In this document: positions 8,712 to 16,224 of the stretch, piece by piece
Layout: the number at the start of each line of letters is the position of its first letter
Position numbering within the stretch: position 1 is the first letter of the stretch
Assembly: GCA_913044235.1 (NCBI GenBank)
Contig: CAJWOS010000002.1
Location: forward strand, 1 to 42,439
Length of the DNA stretch: 42,439 bases
Source: an uncultured Pseudomonadota bacterium
GTDB taxonomy: Bacteria > Myxococcota_A > UBA796 > UBA2385
Reading direction: 5' to 3'
Program-made: the position numbers and the translations under genes
Notes under the pieces: model-generated
The model's database searches: none
What the model was told of the DNA's origin: nothing
The model's input: only the letters and a program-made list of their open reading frames with translations

Positions 8712-10034
8712 ATGCTCGAAAGCCGAAAGAACACGGGCTCCGGCGATCAGGCCATCCTCGCCGGCCTGTACGCCCAGGACGGTCACCTGTCCCCCGACAC
8801 CCGCCTCGATGAGCTCGAGAGCCTGGTCGCTGCAGCGGGCGGTCGGGCCGTCGGACGGGTCATCCAAAAGCGCGGCCTCTCTCGAGGGGAAGACACCGCG
8901 CAGCGCCCAGTGGATCCCGCAACCTACCTGGGCCGAGGCAAGATCGATGAGATCCAGTTCGAGCTCGTCCAGCGCGATGCCAACCTGGTGGTGTTTGACA
9001 ACGAGCTCTCTCCCGCCCAGATCCGCGAAATCGAAAAGCGGCTCGGCTGCAGGGTCATCGACCGTAGTGAGCTGATTCTCGACATCTTCGCCGCGCGGGC
9101 ACGAACCCGCGAAGCCATGCTGCAGGTGGAGCTGGCGCAGCTGCAATATACCGCCCCTCGCTTGCGCGGGATGTGGTCTCACCTCGAGCGCCAGGCCGGC
9201 GGTGGCGGAGGGCGTTCAGGGGGAATCGGTACCCGTGGTCCCGGCGAACAGCAGATCGAGATCGACCGCCGCATCGTCCAGAAGCGCATCTCGAAGCTCA
9301 AGCACGAGCTCGAGCAAGTGCTTCGTCGCCGCGAACGACAGGTCACCGCTCGAAACCATCGCGTCTGGACCATCGGCCTCGTGGGCTACACAAATGCCGG
9401 AAAGAGCACCCTGCTCAACACGCTCACGCAGGCGGGCACCTACGCCGCCGACCAGCTCTTCGCGACCCTCGACACGGTGTCCCGGCGGTGGTCGGTCCGT
9501 CCTGGCGTTGACATCCCCGTGAGCGACACCGTGGGCTTCGTACGCGACCTGCCACACCATCTGGTCGCCTCTTTCCGCTCCACCCTCGCCGAGGCTCTGC
9601 ATGCCGATCTCTTGATCCATGTGGTGGATGCAAGTCACCCGGACACACTCGATCAGGTGTCGGCCGTACATGGTGTGCTCTCAGGCCTTGGAGTAGACCT
9701 CGAGCGGGTGGTCGGTGCGCTGAACAAGTGTGACCGGCCGATCGACCCCACCACCATGGTGGAACTTCGCAGCCACTTCACCGACTCTGTATCCATCAGC
9801 GCGCAGTCCGGTTTCGGACTCGACACCCTTGCGGAGCTTGTGGTTCGGCGGCGAAATACCGACTGGGTGCAGCTGCAGGTGATGATTCCGCATACCGACG
9901 CCCGCTTCGCTGCGCTGGTACATGAATACGGCGAGATTCTCCGTGAGGAGTGGATGGACGACGGCTGGCACGCCCGCATCTCCATTCCACGCCCCATCCA
10001 GTGGCAGCTCGCCCCCTACACCACCGACAGCTGA
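8712..10034 (+). CDS. hflX: GTPase HflX
   Basis: HflX N-domain plus GTPase domain. G1 is GYTNAGKSTLLN, G3 is DTVGF and G4 is NKCD. The coiled linker contains ...QLQYTAPRLRGMW... The protein is 440 aa. Confidence 0.88.
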   Translation: MLESRKNTGSGDQAILAGLYAQDGHLSPDTRLDELESLVAAAGGRAVGRVIQKRGLSRGEDTAQRPVDPATYLGRGKIDEIQFELVQRDANLVVFDNELSPAQIREIEKRLGCRVIDRSELILDIFAARARTREAMLQVELAQLQYTAPRLRGMWSHLERQAGGGGGRSGGIGTRGPGEQQIEIDRRIVQKRISKLKHELEQVLRRRERQVTARNHRVWTIGLVGYTNAGKSTLLNTLTQAGTYAADQLFATLDTVSRRWSVRPGVDIPVSDTVGFVRDLPHHLVASFRSTLAEALHADLLIHVVDASHPDTLDQVSAVHGVLSGLGVDLERVVGALNKCDRPIDPTTMVELRSHFTDSVSISAQSGFGLDTLAELVVRRRNTDWVQLQVMIPHTDARFAALVHEYGEILREEWMDDGWHARISIPRPIQWQLAPYTTDS

Positions 10035-10041
10035 CCCCGCG

Positions 10042-12351
10042 CTACCATTCAGGCGGCACTGTGCCCATCGAAGTCCGGCCGTCTTCGTGGATCCACAAGC
10101 GACTACCCGACAACACATCGTCTACCGAGACGGAAGCGCCCCCAGGGAACCAGACCGTGACGCGGTCGGCCCGGTCGTCGTCACCCAGGCCCACATGCTG
10201 CGTGAGGCTGTCTTGCACGCCGGTGCCGGAACCACCGCTGACCATCCGCATCTGGTCACCGAGAGCCGAGGTCACCATCACAACGGCGCCAATGGCGCTG
10301 CGATTGGCCAGTCCTCCCGCTCCCGCGCCCCCCACCGCAGTGACTTTCACCCAGCCGTGCGCTGTGGCCGGCTCATTCTCAAACAACTGATACGCCACCA
10401 AATCGAGGTCTCCGTCGCCGTCAGGGTCAGCCACCGCCGCTCCCCAGCCGTTCTGTTGGACCAGTCCGCTCTCGAAGTTGCGCAGCGTGAAGTGTCCAGT
10501 ACCGTCGTTTTCATAGAAGTCGCTGTCGCGCTCTCGATAGACCGATGTGATGAACAGGTCGAGGTCACCGTCGTTGTCTGCATCAAACAAGGAGGGGTTC
10601 GAGTGGGTCTCGCGGTAATACAGGCCGCGAGAAGCGGCTTCGTCGGTGAACACCCCGGAGCCGTCATTCATCATCACACCGGACTTATCGGAGAAGTGAT
10701 AGAAAAACGGGTGGGCAAGGTTGGCATGCACCATGTCAAAATCGCCGTCGTTGTCGATGTCGCCAAACACAGCGCCGATGGTGTGACCGTATGCACCGTT
10801 CACCAGCGTGCCCTCCGTGCCGTTGCCGTTGGCCTCGTTGGTCAGCGTGCCGTCGCCTTCGTTGACCAGGAAGAAGTTGCGGTCGAGGCGATAGTTCGAC
10901 ACGAACACATCGATGTCGCCGTCCAGATCGTAGTCCCCCACCGTGACCCCGCGCCCAGCTTCGTTGCTCGTGGGCACCCCGGCCGTCTCGGTCCAGTCTG
11001 TGAACGTGCCATCGCCGTTGTTGCGCCATAGGCGGTCGTCGTAGTTCTGGAAGTAGTCGTGCTCGCTGGAGCACTCGTAGTTGGCCATGTAGAGGTCAAG
11101 CCAGCCATCATTGTCTACGTCCGTCCAGCCTGAGCCCTCCGTAGGAGAGTGTTCCTCGGTCCCATCTCCATCGCAGTCGCGCTCGGACTGGATGTCATGA
11201 ATCCCCGACTCGAGAGTGACGTCGTCAAAGGTCCCGTCGCAGGCATTGTGCAGGAGCAGATCCCCCGTGGTGTAGGAGGTGCCCTGGCCGAAGAAGTCCA
11301 GACATCCATCATTGTCGTAGTCTCCCCACACTCCACCGCTTGCCCCCACTCCAGCGGGTAGGGCTGTGGCCGAGACGTCGGTGAACGTGCCGCCGTCGTT
11401 GCGCCAAAGCGCCGGACCACTGGTCATCAGGTCGTCGTCCCCGTCGTTGTCGTAGTCCCCCCAAGCCACTCGACTTGAGGCGGAAACGCCCATGTCGTCC
11501 ACTTCGGCCTCGAGCATACGGAAGGGCTTGTCTGCAGGAAGAATGTCATCGTCGTAGATCACGGCAAGGCGGATGCGCCACGTGTACCAGGGACTCGCGA
11601 GGCCCAGGTAGTAGAGCTCGTCATCGACACCAAGGAAGCGCACACCGGCGTGCGGCAGGTCCCCCTCGTACCAGAAATCCTCCTGAAGAATGGCCGGAGT
11701 ATCGGCACCCCGTTCCTTCTCGTAGCCTGCAAACACGTGAAGGGGCTGGCTCACCACGATGGGTTCGTCGAGCACATAGTCCACCCATGTCCCCTCGTCG
11801 GCGGCCGAAAGACAACGGAAGGGCTCGGCGATGGGCGCCTCGAGGTCCCACATGTAGCCGTCGCTGCCGAAGTCTGGCCAAAACTGAAGAGGCACCGGGG
11901 CCGGAGCATCCGCGAGGTTGTTCCACTGCACCTGGGCACCCACTACCCGACCGGGCCTCTCGAGCAGGAAGCCCTGTGCACCGGCGACGCCGACCTCGTT
12001 GAGGTTGTACGTGCCATAGCTCCCTTCCCACCGGTCGCTCAGCACGCCGTCTGCGAGGCTGAACGTGGCGGTGGACTCGCCGTCGTATTGGAGCCAGACC
12101 ACTTCGGAGGGCAGCTCCCCGACACGCTCCGCATCACAGGGATCGGCGTCGGTGTCGGCATCGGTGTCGGCATCGGTGTCCGCGTCGGTGTCGGCGTCGG
12201 TGTCGGCGTCGGTGTCGGTGTCGGTGTCCGCGTCGGTGTCATCGGTGGTGGTTCCGGAGGCGACATCCTTGCCGTCTCCAGTATCCGAGCAGGCGGTCAG
12301 AGCTCCGAACGCTGCACCAAGTGTCCAAGCACAAAACCGAAACGAGCGCAT
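10042..12351 (-). CDS. FG-GAP/VCBS-repeat lipoprotein with C-terminal ASPIC/UnbV domain (CRTAC1-like)
   Basis: The lipoprotein start at 12351 (MRSFRFCAWTLGAAFGALTAC) is followed by a (TD/AD)n linker. There are at least 7 FG-GAP-like calcium-binding repeats (GDYDNDGDDDL, DVDNDGWLDL, GDYDLDGDIDVFV, GDIDNDGDFDM, DADNDGDLDLFI, DPDGDGDLDLV). The ASPIC/UnbV-like C-terminus reads ...HVGLGDDDRADRVTVWFPGG. The longer ORF to 12951 is rejected because its first 200 residues are low-complexity readthrough with no signal peptide. Confidence 0.8.
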   Translation of the reverse strand: MRSFRFCAWTLGAAFGALTACSDTGDGKDVASGTTTDDTDADTDTDTDADTDADTDADTDADTDADTDADPCDAERVGELPSEVVWLQYDGESTATFSLADGVLSDRWEGSYGTYNLNEVGVAGAQGFLLERPGRVVGAQVQWNNLADAPAPVPLQFWPDFGSDGYMWDLEAPIAEPFRCLSAADEGTWVDYVLDEPIVVSQPLHVFAGYEKERGADTPAILQEDFWYEGDLPHAGVRFLGVDDELYYLGLASPWYTWRIRLAVIYDDDILPADKPFRMLEAEVDDMGVSASSRVAWGDYDNDGDDDLMTSGPALWRNDGGTFTDVSATALPAGVGASGGVWGDYDNDGCLDFFGQGTSYTTGDLLLHNACDGTFDDVTLESGIHDIQSERDCDGDGTEEHSPTEGSGWTDVDNDGWLDLYMANYECSSEHDYFQNYDDRLWRNNGDGTFTDWTETAGVPTSNEAGRGVTVGDYDLDGDIDVFVSNYRLDRNFFLVNEGDGTLTNEANGNGTEGTLVNGAYGHTIGAVFGDIDNDGDFDMVHANLAHPFFYHFSDKSGVMMNDGSGVFTDEAASRGLYYRETHSNPSLFDADNDGDLDLFITSVYRERDSDFYENDGTGHFTLRNFESGLVQQNGWGAAVADPDGDGDLDLVAYQLFENEPATAHGWVKVTAVGGAGAGGLANRSAIGAVVMVTSALGDQMRMVSGGSGTGVQDSLTQHVGLGDDDRADRVTVWFPGGASVSVDDVLSGSRLWIHEDGRTSMGTVPPEW
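12140..12250 (-). repeat. In-frame 6/12-nt microsatellite (GTCGGY)n encoding (TD/AD)n dipeptide repeats in the FG-GAP lipoprotein
   Basis: Plus strand reads gtcggcgtcggtgtcggcatcggtgtcggcatcggtgtccgcgtcggtgtcggcgtcggtgtcggcgtcggtgtcggtgtcggtgtccgcgtcggtgtc. On the minus strand this encodes DTDADTDTDTDADTDADTDADTDADTDADTDAD. Confidence 0.9.
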
Positions 12352-12376
12352 CGCGACCTCCCATCGAGGCAGCAGT

Positions 12377-13312
12377 CTACTCGGAGTCGCCCAGGCGAAG
12401 TACGCCATCATCGAAGAAGATGCAGCGGAAGTGGGTTCCCGGGGGGACCGCGACCCCATCCCAGACCACACACTCACGGAGGGTGGCGTCGGACGGCACC
12501 GTCGCGCCAGCGCCGATGATGCTGTGGGTGACCGAACCATCCACGCGGGCACTCCGCCCCACCCACCGGTCTCCGGGCTGGCCTGTACCCAGCTCCCATA
12601 CCGGAAGAGCAGTCTCCAGGCGGCCATCGAGCACTGCGAGGTTCGCCTCGAGGTAGTCGCCGGGCGTACCGATGTCGATCCAGGTTCCGGAGTGTCGGAT
12701 GCTGCGAATCCGCCGCTCGGGCAGGCGCGTGGTGTAGGCAGACCGAACGATGCACGCAAAACCATCCGGAACATCATCGAGAATTGGCCGGTGCGCGGCA
12801 TGAATACCCGTGAAGTGGGTCCCCTCGATGCCCAGTCCAGGGGTACCCGCAAACTCCCGCATCCGCACCACCACTCCATCAGCATCGGCCTCAACGGGCG
12901 CACGGGCACCGAGGTCCGGGTCGGCGCGCAGGGCCATCGCCGCCCCTCCATCCGGCACGGCGGCCATCAAGGCGGAGAGGTCGATGTCGCTGAGAATGTC
13001 GCCATTGACCACGACAAAACGCTCAGCCATGCGCTCCGCGGCTGCTTTCAGTCCGCCTCCAGTACCCAGGACTTCTGGCAGCTCCACCTGCAGCGCCACT
13101 CCGCGGTCCTCGGCCCAAGCCGCAACCTTTTGCCAGAGATGATGGGCATTTACGATCACATGCTCATGACCATGTTGACGAACCCGCGCCAAGACATGGT
13201 CGAGCATGGGTGCACCACAGAGGGGCAAGAGCGGCTTGGGACGCGCCAGAGTGAGAGGGCGAAGGCGAGAGCCGAATCCGGCAGCCAACAGGAATGCAGT
13301 CGCTTCAGGCAC
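12377..13312 (-). CDS. Sugar-phosphate nucleotidyltransferase (NTP-transferase family; MurU / mannose-1-P guanylyltransferase-like)
   Basis: N-terminal LLAAGFGSRLRPLTLARPKPLLPL is the GxGxRxxPxT nucleotidyltransferase signature. The protein is 311 aa and its stop lies 25 nt from the FG-GAP gene start. Confidence 0.75.
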   Translation of the reverse strand: MPEATAFLLAAGFGSRLRPLTLARPKPLLPLCGAPMLDHVLARVRQHGHEHVIVNAHHLWQKVAAWAEDRGVALQVELPEVLGTGGGLKAAAERMAERFVVVNGDILSDIDLSALMAAVPDGGAAMALRADPDLGARAPVEADADGVVVRMREFAGTPGLGIEGTHFTGIHAAHRPILDDVPDGFACIVRSAYTTRLPERRIRSIRHSGTWIDIGTPGDYLEANLAVLDGRLETALPVWELGTGQPGDRWVGRSARVDGSVTHSIIGAGATVPSDATLRECVVWDGVAVPPGTHFRCIFFDDGVLRLGDSE

Positions 13313-13341
13313 AGCAGTCTCCTTGCTCGGGGCGCACTGTA

Positions 13342-15615
13342 CTACTCTGCGCTTGGTCGCTTTCGCACCAGCTGGCTCGCGACCTTGGGATGTTCGACCA
13401 GAGGCCAGTCGTCGACAATCACCTGGTCGCCTACGACTCGAGTGTGGGTGTCGCCATCCCAGAGTGCGTAGACGCCGCCCGTCTCCGAGAGTGCTCGGTC
13501 GAGGGCCTTCATCTGGCGGTACAAGAGATCTGGACGCCCCATCCGGGTCTCCAGCAGCGCGGGCGTGATCTCGATCGGTTGGTCAGAGGCCACCGTCACG
13601 ATGCCGTCGTACCAGGACGTCCGGTATTCAAATGCTTCGGCGAGCGTGGCTTGCACGAGCAGGGTCTGCGCGCCGGGCCCTTCATTCGAGTACACCGCGA
13701 CCACTCCCCCTTCCGCCAGCCTCGACTTGACCAAGCGCAGGTACTCCCGACTCAGCAACAGGCTGGAGCCGGCTTGCCGCAGGTGCAGAGGAGCCGACAG
13801 GATGATGTCATATCGGGTTTCGTCCAGCGCCAACCCGGTGCGCGCATCCTGCCATATCCAACGTAGACGCTCGTGATAGAGGGCACCCAGTGTCTGTTCG
13901 GGCAGGTCGACCAATACTCGCTTCAGGGTGCGATTGATCTCGTAGCCATCGACTTGCAGTCCATCGACCCCAGCGAGCGTCACGCCCGACACTCCCACGC
14001 CTGCGCCAATGACCAGGGCACGCTTCGGATGTGGATCCGGATGAGCGAGTACCGCTGCCGCAGCCATCACCCAGGTGTAGGGTCGGCCAACATGCCCATT
14101 TGGCCCCTCGGTCAGCCGGGTGTGCCACAGCCCGTCGAGCATCACATCGCCGTTGGGATGGATTTCCACCACACCATCGCTGCCCCAGTAGGTACGGATC
14201 CCGTCTGCACCCACCGTGTCTCGATCGAGCGCTCCCCAACCCAGCGACACTGCCGCCCCCAACAACCCCGCGACGCGAAGTCCGGTGGCCAGGGGACGCC
14301 GAGCAGCATCCTGCGACGCCATCCCCCCTTCCACACCTGCGACGACCACGAGGACGGCTGCCACAAAGGAGGTTCCAGCAGCGAGCGGAAGCTCGTACAC
14401 CCCCAATGTAAACACCAGTACGCCCGCACACGAACCAAGCGTGTTCAGCGCTGCATACCGACCCACATCTCGTCCCCAGTCTTCGGCCCGTCGGGACACC
14501 AGGCGTCCATAAAGCCATCCAAAGCCAATTACCGGCAGCGCATACACGGCGACTGCAGGCAACAGCATGGCAAGGTCGCCATAGTCACCAGACTCACGGG
14601 CACGGTCCCATACCAAAACCGCCGGAGCCAAGAGCACTGCAGCTGCCGTAACCACGGCCAGAACAGGCTCAGGAACACGCATCCGGGCAGACAGCGCAAC
14701 ACCGGTGGCCCACGCAACGAGAAACGCGGTGAGCCCGAGCGCAAACGTGCCAGGCAGTGGTCCGTGAGAAAGGGAGAGCGCGCGGAAGAGCAACATCTCG
14801 TAGCCAAGCGAGACAAACCCGAGAATGGCTCCAAGGATCTCTTCTTGAGTGAACGAACGGCGTACCTGTGTGTAGGTGGTGGACATACGACCCGGTACTG
14901 GCTTGCTGCGGCCCACAACTCCAATCCAAATCGCCGCCACTACATTCAACGCGATGGCGCCAAACAATGCTGCGCGCTGCCCCCACCAGGGCAACCACCA
15001 GAGGCTCGCGACCAAGGCTCCAACGGCAGCACCGGCCGTGTTGACAAAGAATAAAACCGGGACCAATGCGCGGTCCTGGCCACCGAGCTGTCGCTGCGCC
15101 ACCTCGGATGCCAGCGGTATGGTGGCTCCCATGAGCAACGTAGGAGGCAATAGACAAGCGGCGGCCCCCAGGGCGTAGACCATCCGCAGCGGTATACCAA
15201 AACCGACCGCGAGCCGTTGCATTGCATATACGGTCTCTGAAATATCAAGTCCCAATACCGCAGCCACGATTGCGTTGACCAATGCGAGACCAAGCTCGAC
15301 CATCGCTAGGGCCGCGATGGGGTTGGTTGCCTGAGCTGCCCGCCGCGAGGCCAGAGCCGATCCGAGGCCGAGTCCCCCCAGGAAGACGAGCACAACGATC
15401 ATGCTCGAGAGCGTCTCCGACCCTCCCAAAACGACCTTCAAGGCGCGTTGCCAGACCACCTGGTTCACGATGCCCGCGACCCCGCTACAGACAAGGCCGG
15501 CCACGAGGGCGTACCAACAGCGGGAAAACGTCATCCAGACCTCGGGCGATTCGCAACGCCATATTGTGTCTGACGCGCGCGCGGAGACCAAAGAGCGAAA
15601 ATAGAAAGCGCTCAA
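13342..15615 (-). CDS. Fused polytopic membrane (permease-like) domain plus spermidine synthase-like aminopropyltransferase domain
   Basis: Roughly 12 predicted TM helices sit in the N-terminal 480 aa. The C-terminal region has a spermidine-synthase/SAM-MTase-like fold (ALVIGAGVGVSGVTLAG...YDIILSAPLHLRQAGSSLLLSREYLRLVKSRLAEGGVVAV). The start may be the internal Met at 15534 (MTFSRCWYALVAGLV). Confidence 0.7.
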   Translation of the reverse strand: MSAFYFRSLVSARASDTIWRCESPEVWMTFSRCWYALVAGLVCSGVAGIVNQVVWQRALKVVLGGSETLSSMIVVLVFLGGLGLGSALASRRAAQATNPIAALAMVELGLALVNAIVAAVLGLDISETVYAMQRLAVGFGIPLRMVYALGAAACLLPPTLLMGATIPLASEVAQRQLGGQDRALVPVLFFVNTAGAAVGALVASLWWLPWWGQRAALFGAIALNVVAAIWIGVVGRSKPVPGRMSTTYTQVRRSFTQEEILGAILGFVSLGYEMLLFRALSLSHGPLPGTFALGLTAFLVAWATGVALSARMRVPEPVLAVVTAAAVLLAPAVLVWDRARESGDYGDLAMLLPAVAVYALPVIGFGWLYGRLVSRRAEDWGRDVGRYAALNTLGSCAGVLVFTLGVYELPLAAGTSFVAAVLVVVAGVEGGMASQDAARRPLATGLRVAGLLGAAVSLGWGALDRDTVGADGIRTYWGSDGVVEIHPNGDVMLDGLWHTRLTEGPNGHVGRPYTWVMAAAAVLAHPDPHPKRALVIGAGVGVSGVTLAGVDGLQVDGYEINRTLKRVLVDLPEQTLGALYHERLRWIWQDARTGLALDETRYDIILSAPLHLRQAGSSLLLSREYLRLVKSRLAEGGVVAVYSNEGPGAQTLLVQATLAEAFEYRTSWYDGIVTVASDQPIEITPALLETRMGRPDLLYRQMKALDRALSETGGVYALWDGDTHTRVVGDQVIVDDWPLVEHPKVASQLVRKRPSAE

Positions 15616-15736
15616 ACGGAGACCTGTTTGCGGGACAGTATCGAACGTACTCGGCGCTATTTCTTCGATTTGAGGTTTAATTCATGTCGATTGGCGCCCA
15701 AATCAGTTAAAGGAACCCAACAGTCCAGGAGAACCA
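15616..15736. promoter_or_regulatory. AT-richer divergent intergenic region (putative divergent promoters) with a strong RBS for the downstream + gene
   Basis: GC is ~47% against ~69% background. CAGGAGAACCAATG gives an AGGAGA Shine-Dalgarno 6 nt before the ATG at 15737. Confidence 0.45.
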
Positions 15737-16219
15737 ATGGCGCGCGATTACTCGGCCGATTTTCAGAAGATCCTTGAGCAGATTTCCCTCGACGAGGTTC
15801 GGGGAACCGAAACTCCCGCTGCCGATCTTCTCACCTTGAACATGAGCGACAGCAAGGGTCGACGGTTCAACGCTTCGCATCTTCGCGGTGCGCTGCGGGC
15901 AGGCGAAGCCGCCGGCCATGGCTCGCTCATCGTGGGCCGTCGTGGGTACCCCACACGTTTCGCCTGGTCCAAAGTTCCCGCCGCTCTCGTGCAGGCCAGC
16001 AAAGACGCCGATGCCGCCCCCGCAGCTGCAACCCCAGCCGCCAAACCTACCGCCGCTCCCGCCGCTCGCATGGAGCCGGCTCCCAGTGTTGCCGGTGGTG
16101 TCCGCCACACACTGAACCTGCGACACGGCGTGACCGTCCACATCGAGCTCCCAGCCGATCTGACCGCACGGGAAGCTGTGCGACTCGCACACTGGGTCCA
16201 GGCCCTTCCGTTCGAGTAG
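15737..16219 (+). CDS. Hypothetical two-domain protein (N-terminal ~85-aa domain, Ala/Pro-rich linker, C-terminal ~45-aa domain)
   Basis: 160-aa ORF with strong RBS, high GC3 and its own downstream intrinsic terminator. I recognise no known domain. The C-terminus reads VRHTLNLRHGVTVHIELPADLTAREAVRLAHWVQALPFE. Confidence 0.6.
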   Translation: MARDYSADFQKILEQISLDEVRGTETPAADLLTLNMSDSKGRRFNASHLRGALRAGEAAGHGSLIVGRRGYPTRFAWSKVPAALVQASKDADAAPAAATPAAKPTAAPAARMEPAPSVAGGVRHTLNLRHGVTVHIELPADLTAREAVRLAHWVQALPFE

Positions 16220-16224
16220 GCCCC

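Noticed and set aside
12140-12250. Short direct repeats considered as a possible CRISPR-like array
   Set aside because: Unit length is 6 nt with no spacers and perfect in-frame coding periodicity, so it is a coding microsatellite. No cas genes occur anywhere in the window.
12039-13471. PT-repeat (12039-12266, minus) and SV-repeat (12065-13471, plus) ORFs
   Set aside because: These are alternate-frame readings of the (GTCGGY)n coding microsatellite and the antisense strand of the nucleotidyltransferase gene. The authentic frame encodes (TD/AD)n within the FG-GAP lipoprotein.
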